DNA of 64,000 bases, taken from positions 91,030 through 155,029 of the forward strand of contig JBHLNS010000002.1 in the NCBI GenBank assembly GCA_048941285.1. Direction: 5' to 3'. Shown here piece by piece: positions 1 to 9,155 of the stretch (positions are counted from its first letter, which is position 1; every line of letters starts with the position of its first letter). A program made the position numbers and the translations under genes. This DNA is from Promethearchaeota archaeon. Its GTDB lineage: Archaea; Asgardarchaeota; Lokiarchaeia; Sigyniarchaeales; SOKP01. The notes below the pieces were generated by a model. That model searched no databases and was not told where the DNA came from. It was given only the letters and a program-made list of their open reading frames with translations.

Positions 1-143
1 TAAAAACTCCAAATTAAAAAAGTAAATTTTCCTTTGTTTAAATTTTCACCTCGAAATTCTTTAAATTTATTGTTCAAAACCTCTTTAACTTATAAGATCA
101 TATCATTAATTTTATCAAACTTCAACTATTTTTCAAATATAAG

Positions 144-1004
144 ATGGTTTTAGAAGATTGGCATACTCATAATGAACTATGTCGCCACGCAGTAGGCTCT
201 ATTGAGGATTATATTAAACAAGCTATCAAATTAAATTTGGATCTTATTGGAATTAGTGATCATTTCCCATATGAATATCTTAAGAACAGCAGTGTCTTAA
301 TAGAAGAAGTTCCTTATCAAGAATATGCCATGAAGTTAAGTGAGGTTGAATTATATTTTTCTACAATTCAAAAGTTGAAGAAGAAATATGATAATGATAT
401 TCAGATAAGAATAGCTTTTGAGATCGACTATTTTAGAAGTCAAGAAGAATTATTAATTAAATATTTGAAAAAAAGGGTTGATTTAATAGACTATATTTTA
501 GGATCTGTCCATATGTTACATGGAAAATCAAGATTATTTGCTTTTGATGATGAAAGATTCTTAAGCATGTATAAAGAATATGAGAATATTGATATCATCT
601 ATTTAGAATATTATCATAATTTACAGGATATGATCAATTCAGATAAATTTGAATTTGATATCTTATGCCATTTTGATTTACCAAAGAAATACAATAAAAG
701 AGCTATCAATAAGGATTTAGTTATGAATGAAGCGATTAAGACTCTAGAGCTGGCAAAGAAATTAGATTTAACTATAGAAATAAATACCGGAGGATTAAGA
801 AAGCAAGTGAAAGAACAATACCCCAGTTTTGAAATTATTGAACGAATGTATGAGTTAGATATCCCAATCCTTCTATCTTCTGATGCACACCATCCAGATG
901 ATCTAGGATATAAATTTAATAAAATGTTAAAACTATTAAGAAAAATTGGTTATAATCAATTAGCTCATTTTAAAAAAAGAAAAAGATCATTTATAGAGAT
1001 ATAA
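144..1004 (+). CDS. hisK: PHP-family histidinol-phosphatase (HisJ/HisK type)
   Basis: DWHTH, GISDH, GSVH, HFDLPKK, EINTGG and SSDAH metal-binding motifs of PHP HisPPase. Confidence 0.85.
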   Translation: MVLEDWHTHNELCRHAVGSIEDYIKQAIKLNLDLIGISDHFPYEYLKNSSVLIEEVPYQEYAMKLSEVELYFSTIQKLKKKYDNDIQIRIAFEIDYFRSQEELLIKYLKKRVDLIDYILGSVHMLHGKSRLFAFDDERFLSMYKEYENIDIIYLEYYHNLQDMINSDKFEFDILCHFDLPKKYNKRAINKDLVMNEAIKTLELAKKLDLTIEINTGGLRKQVKEQYPSFEIIERMYELDIPILLSSDAHHPDDLGYKFNKMLKLLRKIGYNQLAHFKKRKRSFIEI

Positions 1005-1025
1005 TAATTTACATTTAGGATTGAG

Positions 1026-1742
1026 ATGAAGGAAAAAAATAGTGATAAATGTGAAATTTGTGGCAAGAACTTAATTTATGCTACTAAATTTGAAGATTAT
1101 AAGGATCTAAAGTGTGAAATTTGTGGTAAAATTTTTAAATCGAATGTTTATTGTGAAATAGGTCATTATATGTGCGATACTTGTCATTCCAAAGGTCCAA
1201 TTGAAATTATTGAACAAATTTGTGCTGAAACAAGGCTTAAGGATCCATTTGAATTAGCAGATAAGATTATGAAGCATCCTAACTTTAAAATTTATGGCCC
1301 TGAACATCATGTGTTGACACCAACTGTTATTTTAACGGCACTTAGAAACAATAATATAAAAAAACCTAATGGAAATGAAATAACTTTGTTTGATATCAAA
1401 GAAGCAATACGGAGAGCCTCTAAGATCCCGGGTGGTTGGTGTGGGTATTATGGATCGTGTGGTGCGGGAATGGGTTCTGGTATAGCAATAAGTATTTTCA
1501 TGGATGCAACACCCTCAACAGATTATCCAAGAACATTAGCAAATCAAATTACGTCTAGATCATTAGAAAAAATAGCCGATAATTTGGAGCATTGCTGTAA
1601 AAGATCTGTTAGATTATCAATTATCGAAACTTTAGAACTCTTAAAAGAGAAGTTTAATATTGATTTAGGATATATTAACAAAAATTGTATATTCTCAAGA
1701 GTCAACAAAAAATGTGAAAGAGAAAAGTGTCCTGTTTTTTAA
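1026..1742 (+). CDS. Cys-rich DUF5714-like protein
   Basis: N-terminal CxxC knuckles, GPEHH, GGWCGYYGSCG and CCKR motifs. Confidence 0.7.
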   Translation: MKEKNSDKCEICGKNLIYATKFEDYKDLKCEICGKIFKSNVYCEIGHYMCDTCHSKGPIEIIEQICAETRLKDPFELADKIMKHPNFKIYGPEHHVLTPTVILTALRNNNIKKPNGNEITLFDIKEAIRRASKIPGGWCGYYGSCGAGMGSGIAISIFMDATPSTDYPRTLANQITSRSLEKIADNLEHCCKRSVRLSIIETLELLKEKFNIDLGYINKNCIFSRVNKKCEREKCPVF

Positions 1743-1750
1743 TTATAGAT

Positions 1751-2551
1751 TTAAACTTTTCTACTCTGTATCCACCCTTCAGTGGATATTGAATTAAGCA
1801 GTTTAATATGTTTGGAATCTTTTGTATGAATTACTAAATTATTATCATCAGAATTGCCAATTATAGCTAATAGTAGTTCTTCTCCATCTCTAGTTAAGAC
1901 GTATCTATCTGCTCTTTCATAATTTCTAAGAGCTATGTTATCTAGGCTTTCAAATTCCTCGAGAAGTTCATTATGTTCCTCAATTTCAGGACTAATTCTA
2001 CAAGCAATTTTCAAAGAGACAGACGATCTTAATTCATACAAATATAATTCCTGCAAATCTTCAATAGAAGGGACAACAATTGTAACATTAGCTATAGCCT
2101 TCTCTAGAATCTCTCTCATTTTTTCGATAATGGTGGGCTTAGAAATTTGCAATTTTGTAAAATCAATAATTTTAACATCATTAGAACTAGTTTGTGCCTC
2201 TTTAAGTTTCTCATTTTCTAATTCTAAGCTCTCTATATCTTCGTCAGCTTTAGATAATTCTTCATTTAATATTTTTATTTCTTTCTGAAGTTGATTGATA
2301 GTGGCATCTTTTTGTTTTAATATATTATGATCAACTGCTGAAGAAGTCAATTTTTTAATTTCTTCATCCTTTAGTGTTATAGTTTTTTCTAAGGTTTTGG
2401 CTCCCTTATCTTTAGTCTCTAAAGTCTTTTCAAGTATTTTGATTTGTTCGTCTTTTAATGAAAGAGAATTCTCAAGTGTCTTGATTTGTTCATCTTTTAA
2501 TTTAATGAGATTATCCTTTGTCTCTAACTGCTTTTTAATTTCATAATCCAT
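1751..2551 (-). CDS. Coiled-coil protein with C-terminal TrmB/PLD-like alpha/beta domain
   Basis: 14-aa repeated heptads (LKDEQIKxLE) followed by a globular domain; the fold call is tentative. Confidence 0.6.
   Translation of the reverse strand: MDYEIKKQLETKDNLIKLKDEQIKTLENSLSLKDEQIKILEKTLETKDKGAKTLEKTITLKDEEIKKLTSSAVDHNILKQKDATINQLQKEIKILNEELSKADEDIESLELENEKLKEAQTSSNDVKIIDFTKLQISKPTIIEKMREILEKAIANVTIVVPSIEDLQELYLYELRSSVSLKIACRISPEIEEHNELLEEFESLDNIALRNYERADRYVLTRDGEELLLAIIGNSDDNNLVIHTKDSKHIKLLNSISTEGWIQSRKV
2348..2500 (-). repeat. Intragenic ~42-bp (14-aa) imperfect tandem repeat, about 4 copies
   Basis: LKDEQIKTLENSLS / LKDEQIKILEKTLE / TKDKGAKTLEKTIT / LKDEEIKKL. Confidence 0.7.
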
Positions 2552-2772
2552 AATCTAACAAGATCACAATATTTTTTATTTATATTTTTAACTATAAAGA
2601 TTATAATTTTAAAATTTATTATTTCTAAATCCTTTTTATCATTTTTAACATTATATCAATCTGATTCAATTTCAGCCATCTAACAACTTTGAGTTATTAT
2701 CATATACATTTTTTTAAAATTATTATTAAATTATTAGAATATCTTTTTATTTTCAGTTATACAATATTCCCT

Positions 2773-3510
2773 ATGAATGATCAAGAAAAAATACTAGAAG
2801 AATTAAAATCAGATGTGTCTGAACGAATAGAAAAAGAGCTTGAATCCTCTTCAGCAATATTAGGTATTAATGTTGGAACACTAGAGGGTACTAAAATTGC
2901 AAGCATATTCAAAAAAGATATTAAAATGACAACGGGCGAAGTTACAGCAGCAAACAGCAGCCTAGTATTTCTTTCGTCTAAAATGTTAAAAGATTCACTA
3001 AATCAAGAAGTCTCTTATAACTTAATTTTTGGCAAGGAAAAAATAGTTTTATCAATTTTGACAGAAATTATTACTATGATTATCTATTTAAATCGAGAAA
3101 TTGCTGAACTCGAAGGTTTAGATTCTTATATAGAAAAATTACAAAAATTAAGTTTACAAATATCTGCTATAATTGAAACCTCAGATATTCTTAAGGAGGA
3201 AATTTTTAAAGGTCTTAAGAGGGCAATCCCAAATACTTTGGTTTTAGCAATTATTACAAAAGACGGATTACCCATTAAGGTTCAATCTACTATGCCCGAA
3301 CCAATTCTTTCTGCTATGGTTGCTGCTTTATATAATTTATCCGGGGTATTATTAGAAAGTCACATGGAATACTCGATTATCGGTGGAGAGAATGGCTCTG
3401 TAATTCTTCATGACTTAGATGAGAATAGAGTTTTAGCAATAGCAGTTCCAGAATCAGATGGAAGGAAGTTAGGAACATACATCGCAAAGATAAAGGCAAT
3501 CATTCAATAA
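2773..3510 (+). CDS. Tandem Roadblock/LC7 (LAMTOR-like) domain protein
   Basis: Two units, GINVGTLEGTKIAS and LAIITKDGLPIKVQ..LSAMVAAL; start moved to ATG 2773 because the upstream extension is AT-rich promoter-like sequence. Confidence 0.75.
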   Translation: MNDQEKILEELKSDVSERIEKELESSSAILGINVGTLEGTKIASIFKKDIKMTTGEVTAANSSLVFLSSKMLKDSLNQEVSYNLIFGKEKIVLSILTEIITMIIYLNREIAELEGLDSYIEKLQKLSLQISAIIETSDILKEEIFKGLKRAIPNTLVLAIITKDGLPIKVQSTMPEPILSAMVAALYNLSGVLLESHMEYSIIGGENGSVILHDLDENRVLAIAVPESDGRKLGTYIAKIKAIIQ

Positions 3511-4747
3511 TTCCATTAATTTTACTTACAACATCTTTAGCACCACTATAAGATTCAGAAAAAGTTTTCCCCTCATATAAAATAGTACATAAAGGTTCAC
3601 CTTTAGAAGTGTTCTTAATTGGTTCAGATTTATCATGAATGAACTTTAACATATTGATTTTTGGTATAATGTTTTTATTAATATCTTTTGGGGCAAAAAA
3701 GATTAATTTTGTTGCAAAACTTTTGGGTTTTGTGGATTTAATTAGAGTTGTAATACTTTTCCACTCTTCAGGGATGAAACTTTTAATATGTAGGTCTAAA
3801 AGATTTAAATTTAAAACTAATTCAGAGGCTCTAATTGAGCCTGGAATTCTTGGATTACATTCCATAAGATATGGATAATGTTCTTTTAATACAAAATCAA
3901 ATCCGTTAATTCCTTTTAAACCTAATTTTTTAGATAAAAATATTGATATTTCAGAGATAATTTTCATATCTTTTTTAATTAAACCCGCAGGTACAATATT
4001 GCCACAATAAACAAATTCTTTTGGAGGATAGAGGAATTTTTCACCAATAATTTGACGGTTTATAGAAATAACTTCACACTCTTTACCATTTGAAATCACA
4101 GTACAACTTACTGGAGTCCCTGTGATATATTCTTCAATTAACCATTCTGATTGCAAAAAAGATTTCTTTTCTAAAAGCTGCGTTTGATTATTTAAATTGA
4201 TTTCATCTTCAATTTTAAAAACATTCATACCCCCAGCGCTTCTCTTTTTCTTCAATATAAAAGGATATTTTAGATCACAATCATTTAAATTCAAATTTTC
4301 AAATGAATAATAAATCGGAACATTGTAGTTATTGGATTTAAGTAAATCAAAAACAAATTCAATATCTCTTGATTTTTTTATAACCTCTAAATCGTTATTA
4401 ACACTTTTCGTATTAAACTTTTGAAGATGATCTATAATAAGTGTTCTTTCTTCGTAAGCATCATCTAATCCACTTCCTATTAATAAATACTCTACGTCTG
4501 GATGTTTCTGGAGCAATTTAAGTGCAAACTCAGCTAGATATCTACTATATCTATCTTTCAGAGAGTTATATGTACTTTTTAATTCTTTCAGAACTATAAT
4601 ATAATCTTTTACAAAAGGGAAAAGATCTAAGTCTCCAAAAAAATCTACAGCATATACCTCATACCCTACTTTTTTTAGAGAATAGGCTAATGGCCGTGTA
4701 TTAAATCCAACAACTAAAATTGATTTCGAATTATTAACCATTATCAA
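3500..4747 (-). CDS. ATP-grasp carboligase (COG2232-like; relatives linked to C1-cofactor biosynthesis)
   Basis: YAVDFFGDLD, AGGMNV, EEYITG, GFDFV and ECNPR motifs; the true start may be the ATG a few codons downstream. Confidence 0.75.
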   Translation of the reverse strand: MIMVNNSKSILVVGFNTRPLAYSLKKVGYEVYAVDFFGDLDLFPFVKDYIIVLKELKSTYNSLKDRYSRYLAEFALKLLQKHPDVEYLLIGSGLDDAYEERTLIIDHLQKFNTKSVNNDLEVIKKSRDIEFVFDLLKSNNYNVPIYYSFENLNLNDCDLKYPFILKKKRSAGGMNVFKIEDEINLNNQTQLLEKKSFLQSEWLIEEYITGTPVSCTVISNGKECEVISINRQIIGEKFLYPPKEFVYCGNIVPAGLIKKDMKIISEISIFLSKKLGLKGINGFDFVLKEHYPYLMECNPRIPGSIRASELVLNLNLLDLHIKSFIPEEWKSITTLIKSTKPKSFATKLIFFAPKDINKNIIPKINMLKFIHDKSEPIKNTSKGEPLCTILYEGKTFSESYSGAKDVVSKINGIIE

Positions 4748-4783
4748 AGTTAATGATATAAAAATTAATGAAATTTTGCTTCA

Positions 4784-6988
4784 TTACAGAATCTTCTTTA
4801 ATTCTAATACTAAAGAGGAAGGATTGTATTTATCGAATTTATAAATGGTAGCGTTACCATATTTTTTAAAATTCCTCTTAATTTGATCAGCAGAATAAGT
4901 ATGAACTCCTAATGCGTGAGTTGCATAAGATTTTTTCGGTTCAAGTACAACTAGGTGGATATTTTGTTTTGACAATTTTTTTGTTAATTCTTTTAATTCT
5001 TTTGTAATCAAGGTATAATCTGTTTCTACCTGCGCAATTAAATCGGGATATTTAACAGAGATATTTGCTCCGCAATCACTACAAATAAACACAATGGGGA
5101 TAATATTTCTATCCTTTAACTTTTCTGTTTTTATTAATTCTGAAACTTTTTTTAATGCTGAGGCCATAGGTGTATAACTTTTTCCTTGTAACTTCTTTAA
5201 TTTCCTAATAGCCATTTGAAAATTAACCGTTGGTTTTTGTAGAACCACTGCTTCTTTACCTCGAAAAATTATTAAAGAAATTTTATCTCTTTTTCTATAT
5301 CCTTCTCTATGAAGCGATAAAATTACATCTGTCATTTGTTTTATAACATAAAACATAGATGCTGAACTATCCAAAACAAAAAAGAGAGCTAAAGGTGCGC
5401 GATATTCATAAATTTTATCCATTAAATCATATTTATTAAAATGGATAGGAAAATCAACTTCAGTCTGATTATATACAGCGTTTTTCAGATAATTTCTAAT
5501 CGTCGCGTCTAACGCAATGCTTTTCGGCTCATCACGTATTGGGGTCCTGTATGATATATATCTTCCTTTCTGAGATGAAGAGATTTTAATTCTTCTACCA
5601 ATTCCTCTTCCCCCATAATCAGATATTTTTCTATCTTTTCTAATATTATCTAAAATCGAAGTCATCTTTTTTTCAATTTTGTATACAAATGGTAATGATC
5701 CATTTTTAGCATCAAAAAATTTAATATCATCATCAAGAGGTATATTCTTTACTTTCCATCCTCCTGCTGGTCTCGGATTTCGTTTTTGGTTATCTGGATA
5801 TTTAGGAGGAGGTAATTTTTGTTCTTTAGATTCTGGAATATCAACCTTTTCTGGATCAACAGATTGACGTTTAAATTCATTTTGTGGCTCATCAGTATGT
5901 TTTAACGGGCCCTCTGTTTCTTTGTTGGGTAATAAGATCTGTGTGTTTTCGTATGCTTCTTTTATTTTGCCATAGACTTCAGCAATCTTAGCTTTAATTT
6001 CTTTAGGTGTTAATTCATAATGGAGTGATTGAATTCTGTGTTCAAATACTAAATCCATGGCAACGTTTAAATCACCTTCTGCTATGGTTCTTCTGTTATT
6101 TAAGGCAGCATGAGCTCTAGCGCATCTTATAAAAGTGATATCTGCTCTTTGTGAAAAAATTTCTAGCTCATTTACAATTTTAGATACAAATTCATAAACA
6201 GAACTAGGGATCTGAACTTCTTTAAGGACTTTACGTGCATTGATTATTTTACTTCTTAATTCTTGCTGTTCAGAGTCATACTTTTTAATAAAATCTTTAG
6301 GATTATCATCAAATTCTATTACTCTTTTAGTTATTTCTGCTCTTAATTCTGAATCTCGAGGTGCTTTTATTGTGACCTCTAATCCAAGACGATCTGCAAT
6401 TTGTGGTCTCAAATCACCTTCTTCAGGATTCATTGACCCCACCAACACAAATCTTGAAGGATGAGAAATTGAAATACCTTCTCTTTCTATAATGTTAACT
6501 CCTGAAGCAGCAGAATCTAATAAAACATCAACAATATGATCTTGAAGTAGATTTATCTCATCTACGTATAAAATACCACGATTTGCTTTTGCCAATAAAC
6601 CAGGATGTAAAGCTCTAATCCCTTCAGTTAGTACCTTGTCTATTGATAAACTTCCACAAACCATGTCTTCTGTGACCCCTAAGGGGAGATTAACCAATAA
6701 CATATCCCGAAATTCAGTATCAATTTTACTTTTATCCTTTTTTTCAATACAATTTTGACATAAATTATCAATATCAGAATTAGGATCACATGAAAATTCA
6801 CAATCTTTAATCACTTCAATTTTTGGCATTAATTCAACGAGTGATCTCACAGCAGTACTTTTTCCAGTTCCTTGTTGACCTGTTAACAAGATTCCCCCAA
6901 TTTGAGGGTCAATTACATTTAAAACTAAGCCCATTTTCATTTTGTCTTGCCCAAGTATTGCTGTAAATGGAAAGTTTATTTTTTTCAT
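4784..6988 (-). CDS. ChlI/ChlD-like AAA+ ATPase fused to a vWA (MIDAS) domain
   Basis: FPFTAILGQ, Walker A GQQGTGKS, Walker B ILYVDE, MNPEEG, Pro-rich linker, VLDSSASM. Confidence 0.9.
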   Translation of the reverse strand: MKKINFPFTAILGQDKMKMGLVLNVIDPQIGGILLTGQQGTGKSTAVRSLVELMPKIEVIKDCEFSCDPNSDIDNLCQNCIEKKDKSKIDTEFRDMLLVNLPLGVTEDMVCGSLSIDKVLTEGIRALHPGLLAKANRGILYVDEINLLQDHIVDVLLDSAASGVNIIEREGISISHPSRFVLVGSMNPEEGDLRPQIADRLGLEVTIKAPRDSELRAEITKRVIEFDDNPKDFIKKYDSEQQELRSKIINARKVLKEVQIPSSVYEFVSKIVNELEIFSQRADITFIRCARAHAALNNRRTIAEGDLNVAMDLVFEHRIQSLHYELTPKEIKAKIAEVYGKIKEAYENTQILLPNKETEGPLKHTDEPQNEFKRQSVDPEKVDIPESKEQKLPPPKYPDNQKRNPRPAGGWKVKNIPLDDDIKFFDAKNGSLPFVYKIEKKMTSILDNIRKDRKISDYGGRGIGRRIKISSSQKGRYISYRTPIRDEPKSIALDATIRNYLKNAVYNQTEVDFPIHFNKYDLMDKIYEYRAPLALFFVLDSSASMFYVIKQMTDVILSLHREGYRKRDKISLIIFRGKEAVVLQKPTVNFQMAIRKLKKLQGKSYTPMASALKKVSELIKTEKLKDRNIIPIVFICSDCGANISVKYPDLIAQVETDYTLITKELKELTKKLSKQNIHLVVLEPKKSYATHALGVHTYSADQIKRNFKKYGNATIYKFDKYNPSSLVLELKKIL

Positions 6989-7115
6989 CTTTATTACCCC
7001 AATCTAAAAATTATATATGATCTATATTTTCAATAATCGTTTAATTAAACAAAAAAAAGCGTAATCAAATAAAAATTTATCAAAATTAAAAATAAGATGA
7101 AAATTATTATAAAAA

Positions 7116-8072
7116 TTAAAATTTCTTCGATAAAGTTTTTAATTTTTTATCCAATCCAGTTACTTCTTCGTCCCATTTGTGTAGAATGATCTCAATTTTT
7201 GGAATAATAGGTTCTTTTTCTTTATATTCCAAATAATCCATAAAATCTTTAATATTCTCAATCCTAACATAAGTTTCCGCAACAAATTTTCGAATTTCTT
7301 GAGCTTGCGATTTAAGAACTTCAGGAATCCTTTTCTTTTCGCCACGATGAGTTAGTGTGGTCAAATATTCTTCTGTTCCCATTAATAAAGAATTAAATTC
7401 GTTTATTTTATCATTAACAAATTTTTCATAAGTTTCTGGAATATTACTTCTTGGAAAAAAACTTGTAATATCTATAATAAATTTCTGAGTTGAACTAATC
7501 AATTGTTCCATACTCTCGTATCCCTCTATTTTATAATCCACTGAGTGATAGGAGGCTTCGAGACCTCGATTAATATCGTCCAGTCTAAATATTTTAAAAC
7601 CTGGATCGTTTTTCAGTTGTTTATCTGGATCTCCCTTTTTATCTGCTACTTCAATCTGGCGTACTAACCTAGTTGGGTTAAAAACAAGTGAAATTGCCAG
7701 AGGATTATTCTGTTGGTAAGAAAGTGTAGTACGGATGTCAATATGACTCATCATTACTTTAAAACCTGGATGTGAATGCCACCATCCGATAACAAATTCA
7801 GGAGGATCCTTCGAAAATGCTAAATCATCTATTATATACAAGGCTTCATAATCTTCGTCTGCCCATTTATATTGATCAATTACAGCGTCTTTATCTAACT
7901 CTTGATGCATGATTGGGAAAGCTTCAGAAATAAAAACATCTTCACCATCATTTCGGCCTGTGAAAATTCCACTAACTTCTAACCATTCATCCTTCGGAAT
8001 ACGTGCGTTAGCATATCTAACAGCCGCAGCTACTATCGTTAAATAAACTTTTTTAGGGATTATAACAGTCAT
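7116..8072 (-). CDS. MPN+/JAMM metalloprotease with helical C-terminal extension
   Basis: LEVSG ... GWWHSHPGFKVMMSHID (E-HxH-x7-S-x2-D intact). Confidence 0.9.
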   Translation of the reverse strand: MTVIIPKKVYLTIVAAAVRYANARIPKDEWLEVSGIFTGRNDGEDVFISEAFPIMHQELDKDAVIDQYKWADEDYEALYIIDDLAFSKDPPEFVIGWWHSHPGFKVMMSHIDIRTTLSYQQNNPLAISLVFNPTRLVRQIEVADKKGDPDKQLKNDPGFKIFRLDDINRGLEASYHSVDYKIEGYESMEQLISSTQKFIIDITSFFPRSNIPETYEKFVNDKINEFNSLLMGTEEYLTTLTHRGEKKRIPEVLKSQAQEIRKFVAETYVRIENIKDFMDYLEYKEKEPIIPKIEIILHKWDEEVTGLDKKLKTLSKKF

Positions 8073-8324
8073 TTTATACTCTCCATTTATTTAAAGAAAA
8101 GCTTTTTACAAATTAATACAAATTTTGCTATTTATGTGTTTTTAATCACAAAACAGAAATTAGAGAATTCACCATTTTATTAATCGTTCAAGTGTCATTT
8201 TATCGAAAAAGATTTTTTAATTCTAAAACTAAATTTTGCCATAAATAGGAAATAATTTAAATTCATAATTTTTCATTATAATATTACTCAAATCATAAAA
8301 TAACTATTAAAGAAGTGAATTAAG

Positions 8325-8972
8325 TTGGCCGAGATTGGCTTTGTGCCCCTTTCTTCTCAGCTTGGTGTCGCTGGAACAAGTTATAGAATTCAATTGGGAG
8401 AAATTAATGAGAAATGGGCAGTGCGCTTATTAAAAGGAAAAGAAGTAATTGATTCATATGTTTTTAAAGAGGAAGATGTCCAAGGAGATTTTCCAAACCA
8501 AAATATTATCGTAGGATGGGTTCTTAGAACTGTGGCAATTCCTAATATTAATCCACATCAAATAATGAAGACAACTCAAGCGCTAGTTAAACAAGCAATG
8601 AAGAATAAAGAAGAAAAAAAGCTGAAACCTCCCGTTTCAGAAGCTCAAGAAATTGAATTAACAGCTGTTCCTGAAAGAGAATTAAAAAGACCTCAAGTTC
8701 AAGGATGGTTAAAAAGTGAAGATGCAAAATCACAAACAGAAATTGAAGAGGAGCGACGACAAGCCTTTAAAGCAAGTGTAATGGCAAAAAAGGCAGAAGC
8801 CCAAGAATCAGCTTCAACTATTAAAACAACCAGACAATTGCCTTCAATACCTAAAGAGGGGGCACAAGTAACAGAGACTGAGGAGAAAGAAGGAGAATTT
8901 TGTCCATATTGTGGTAAAGATTTAGGATTTATATTTTGTCCCTTCTGTGGAAAACGCCTTCCGCATGAATAA
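8325..8972 (+). CDS. Hypothetical protein with C-terminal double zinc ribbon
   Basis: FCPYCG...FCPFCG; AAGTGA SD 6 nt before TTG. Confidence 0.8.
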   Translation: MAEIGFVPLSSQLGVAGTSYRIQLGEINEKWAVRLLKGKEVIDSYVFKEEDVQGDFPNQNIIVGWVLRTVAIPNINPHQIMKTTQALVKQAMKNKEEKKLKPPVSEAQEIELTAVPERELKRPQVQGWLKSEDAKSQTEIEEERRQAFKASVMAKKAEAQESASTIKTTRQLPSIPKEGAQVTETEEKEGEFCPYCGKDLGFIFCPFCGKRLPHE

Positions 8973-9155
8973 AAAGAAAAGTTTCTATTTCTGCTTATAT
9001 ATTATGATTTTATTATCATTAAATTAACAGGATTTATGAGCTAATATAAAAATTAGATTTAAATTCTATTCTATTATTCAAATATTTAAAGTCAAATAAA
9101 CTATATATATATCATTAATTAATTATATCTAAATCTAATAAATTTGTGAGTAACT

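Noticed and set aside
1-76. Start of a minus-strand gene running off the window (GAGGTGA SD followed by a TTA-led frame; in-frame TTG near 76)
   Set aside because: Too little sequence to define the product or to claim another non-canonical start.
4784-6988. Magnesium chelatase as evidence of chlorophyll synthesis
   Set aside because: ChlI/D-like AAA-vWA proteins are widespread in non-phototrophic archaea, and no other pathway genes are present.
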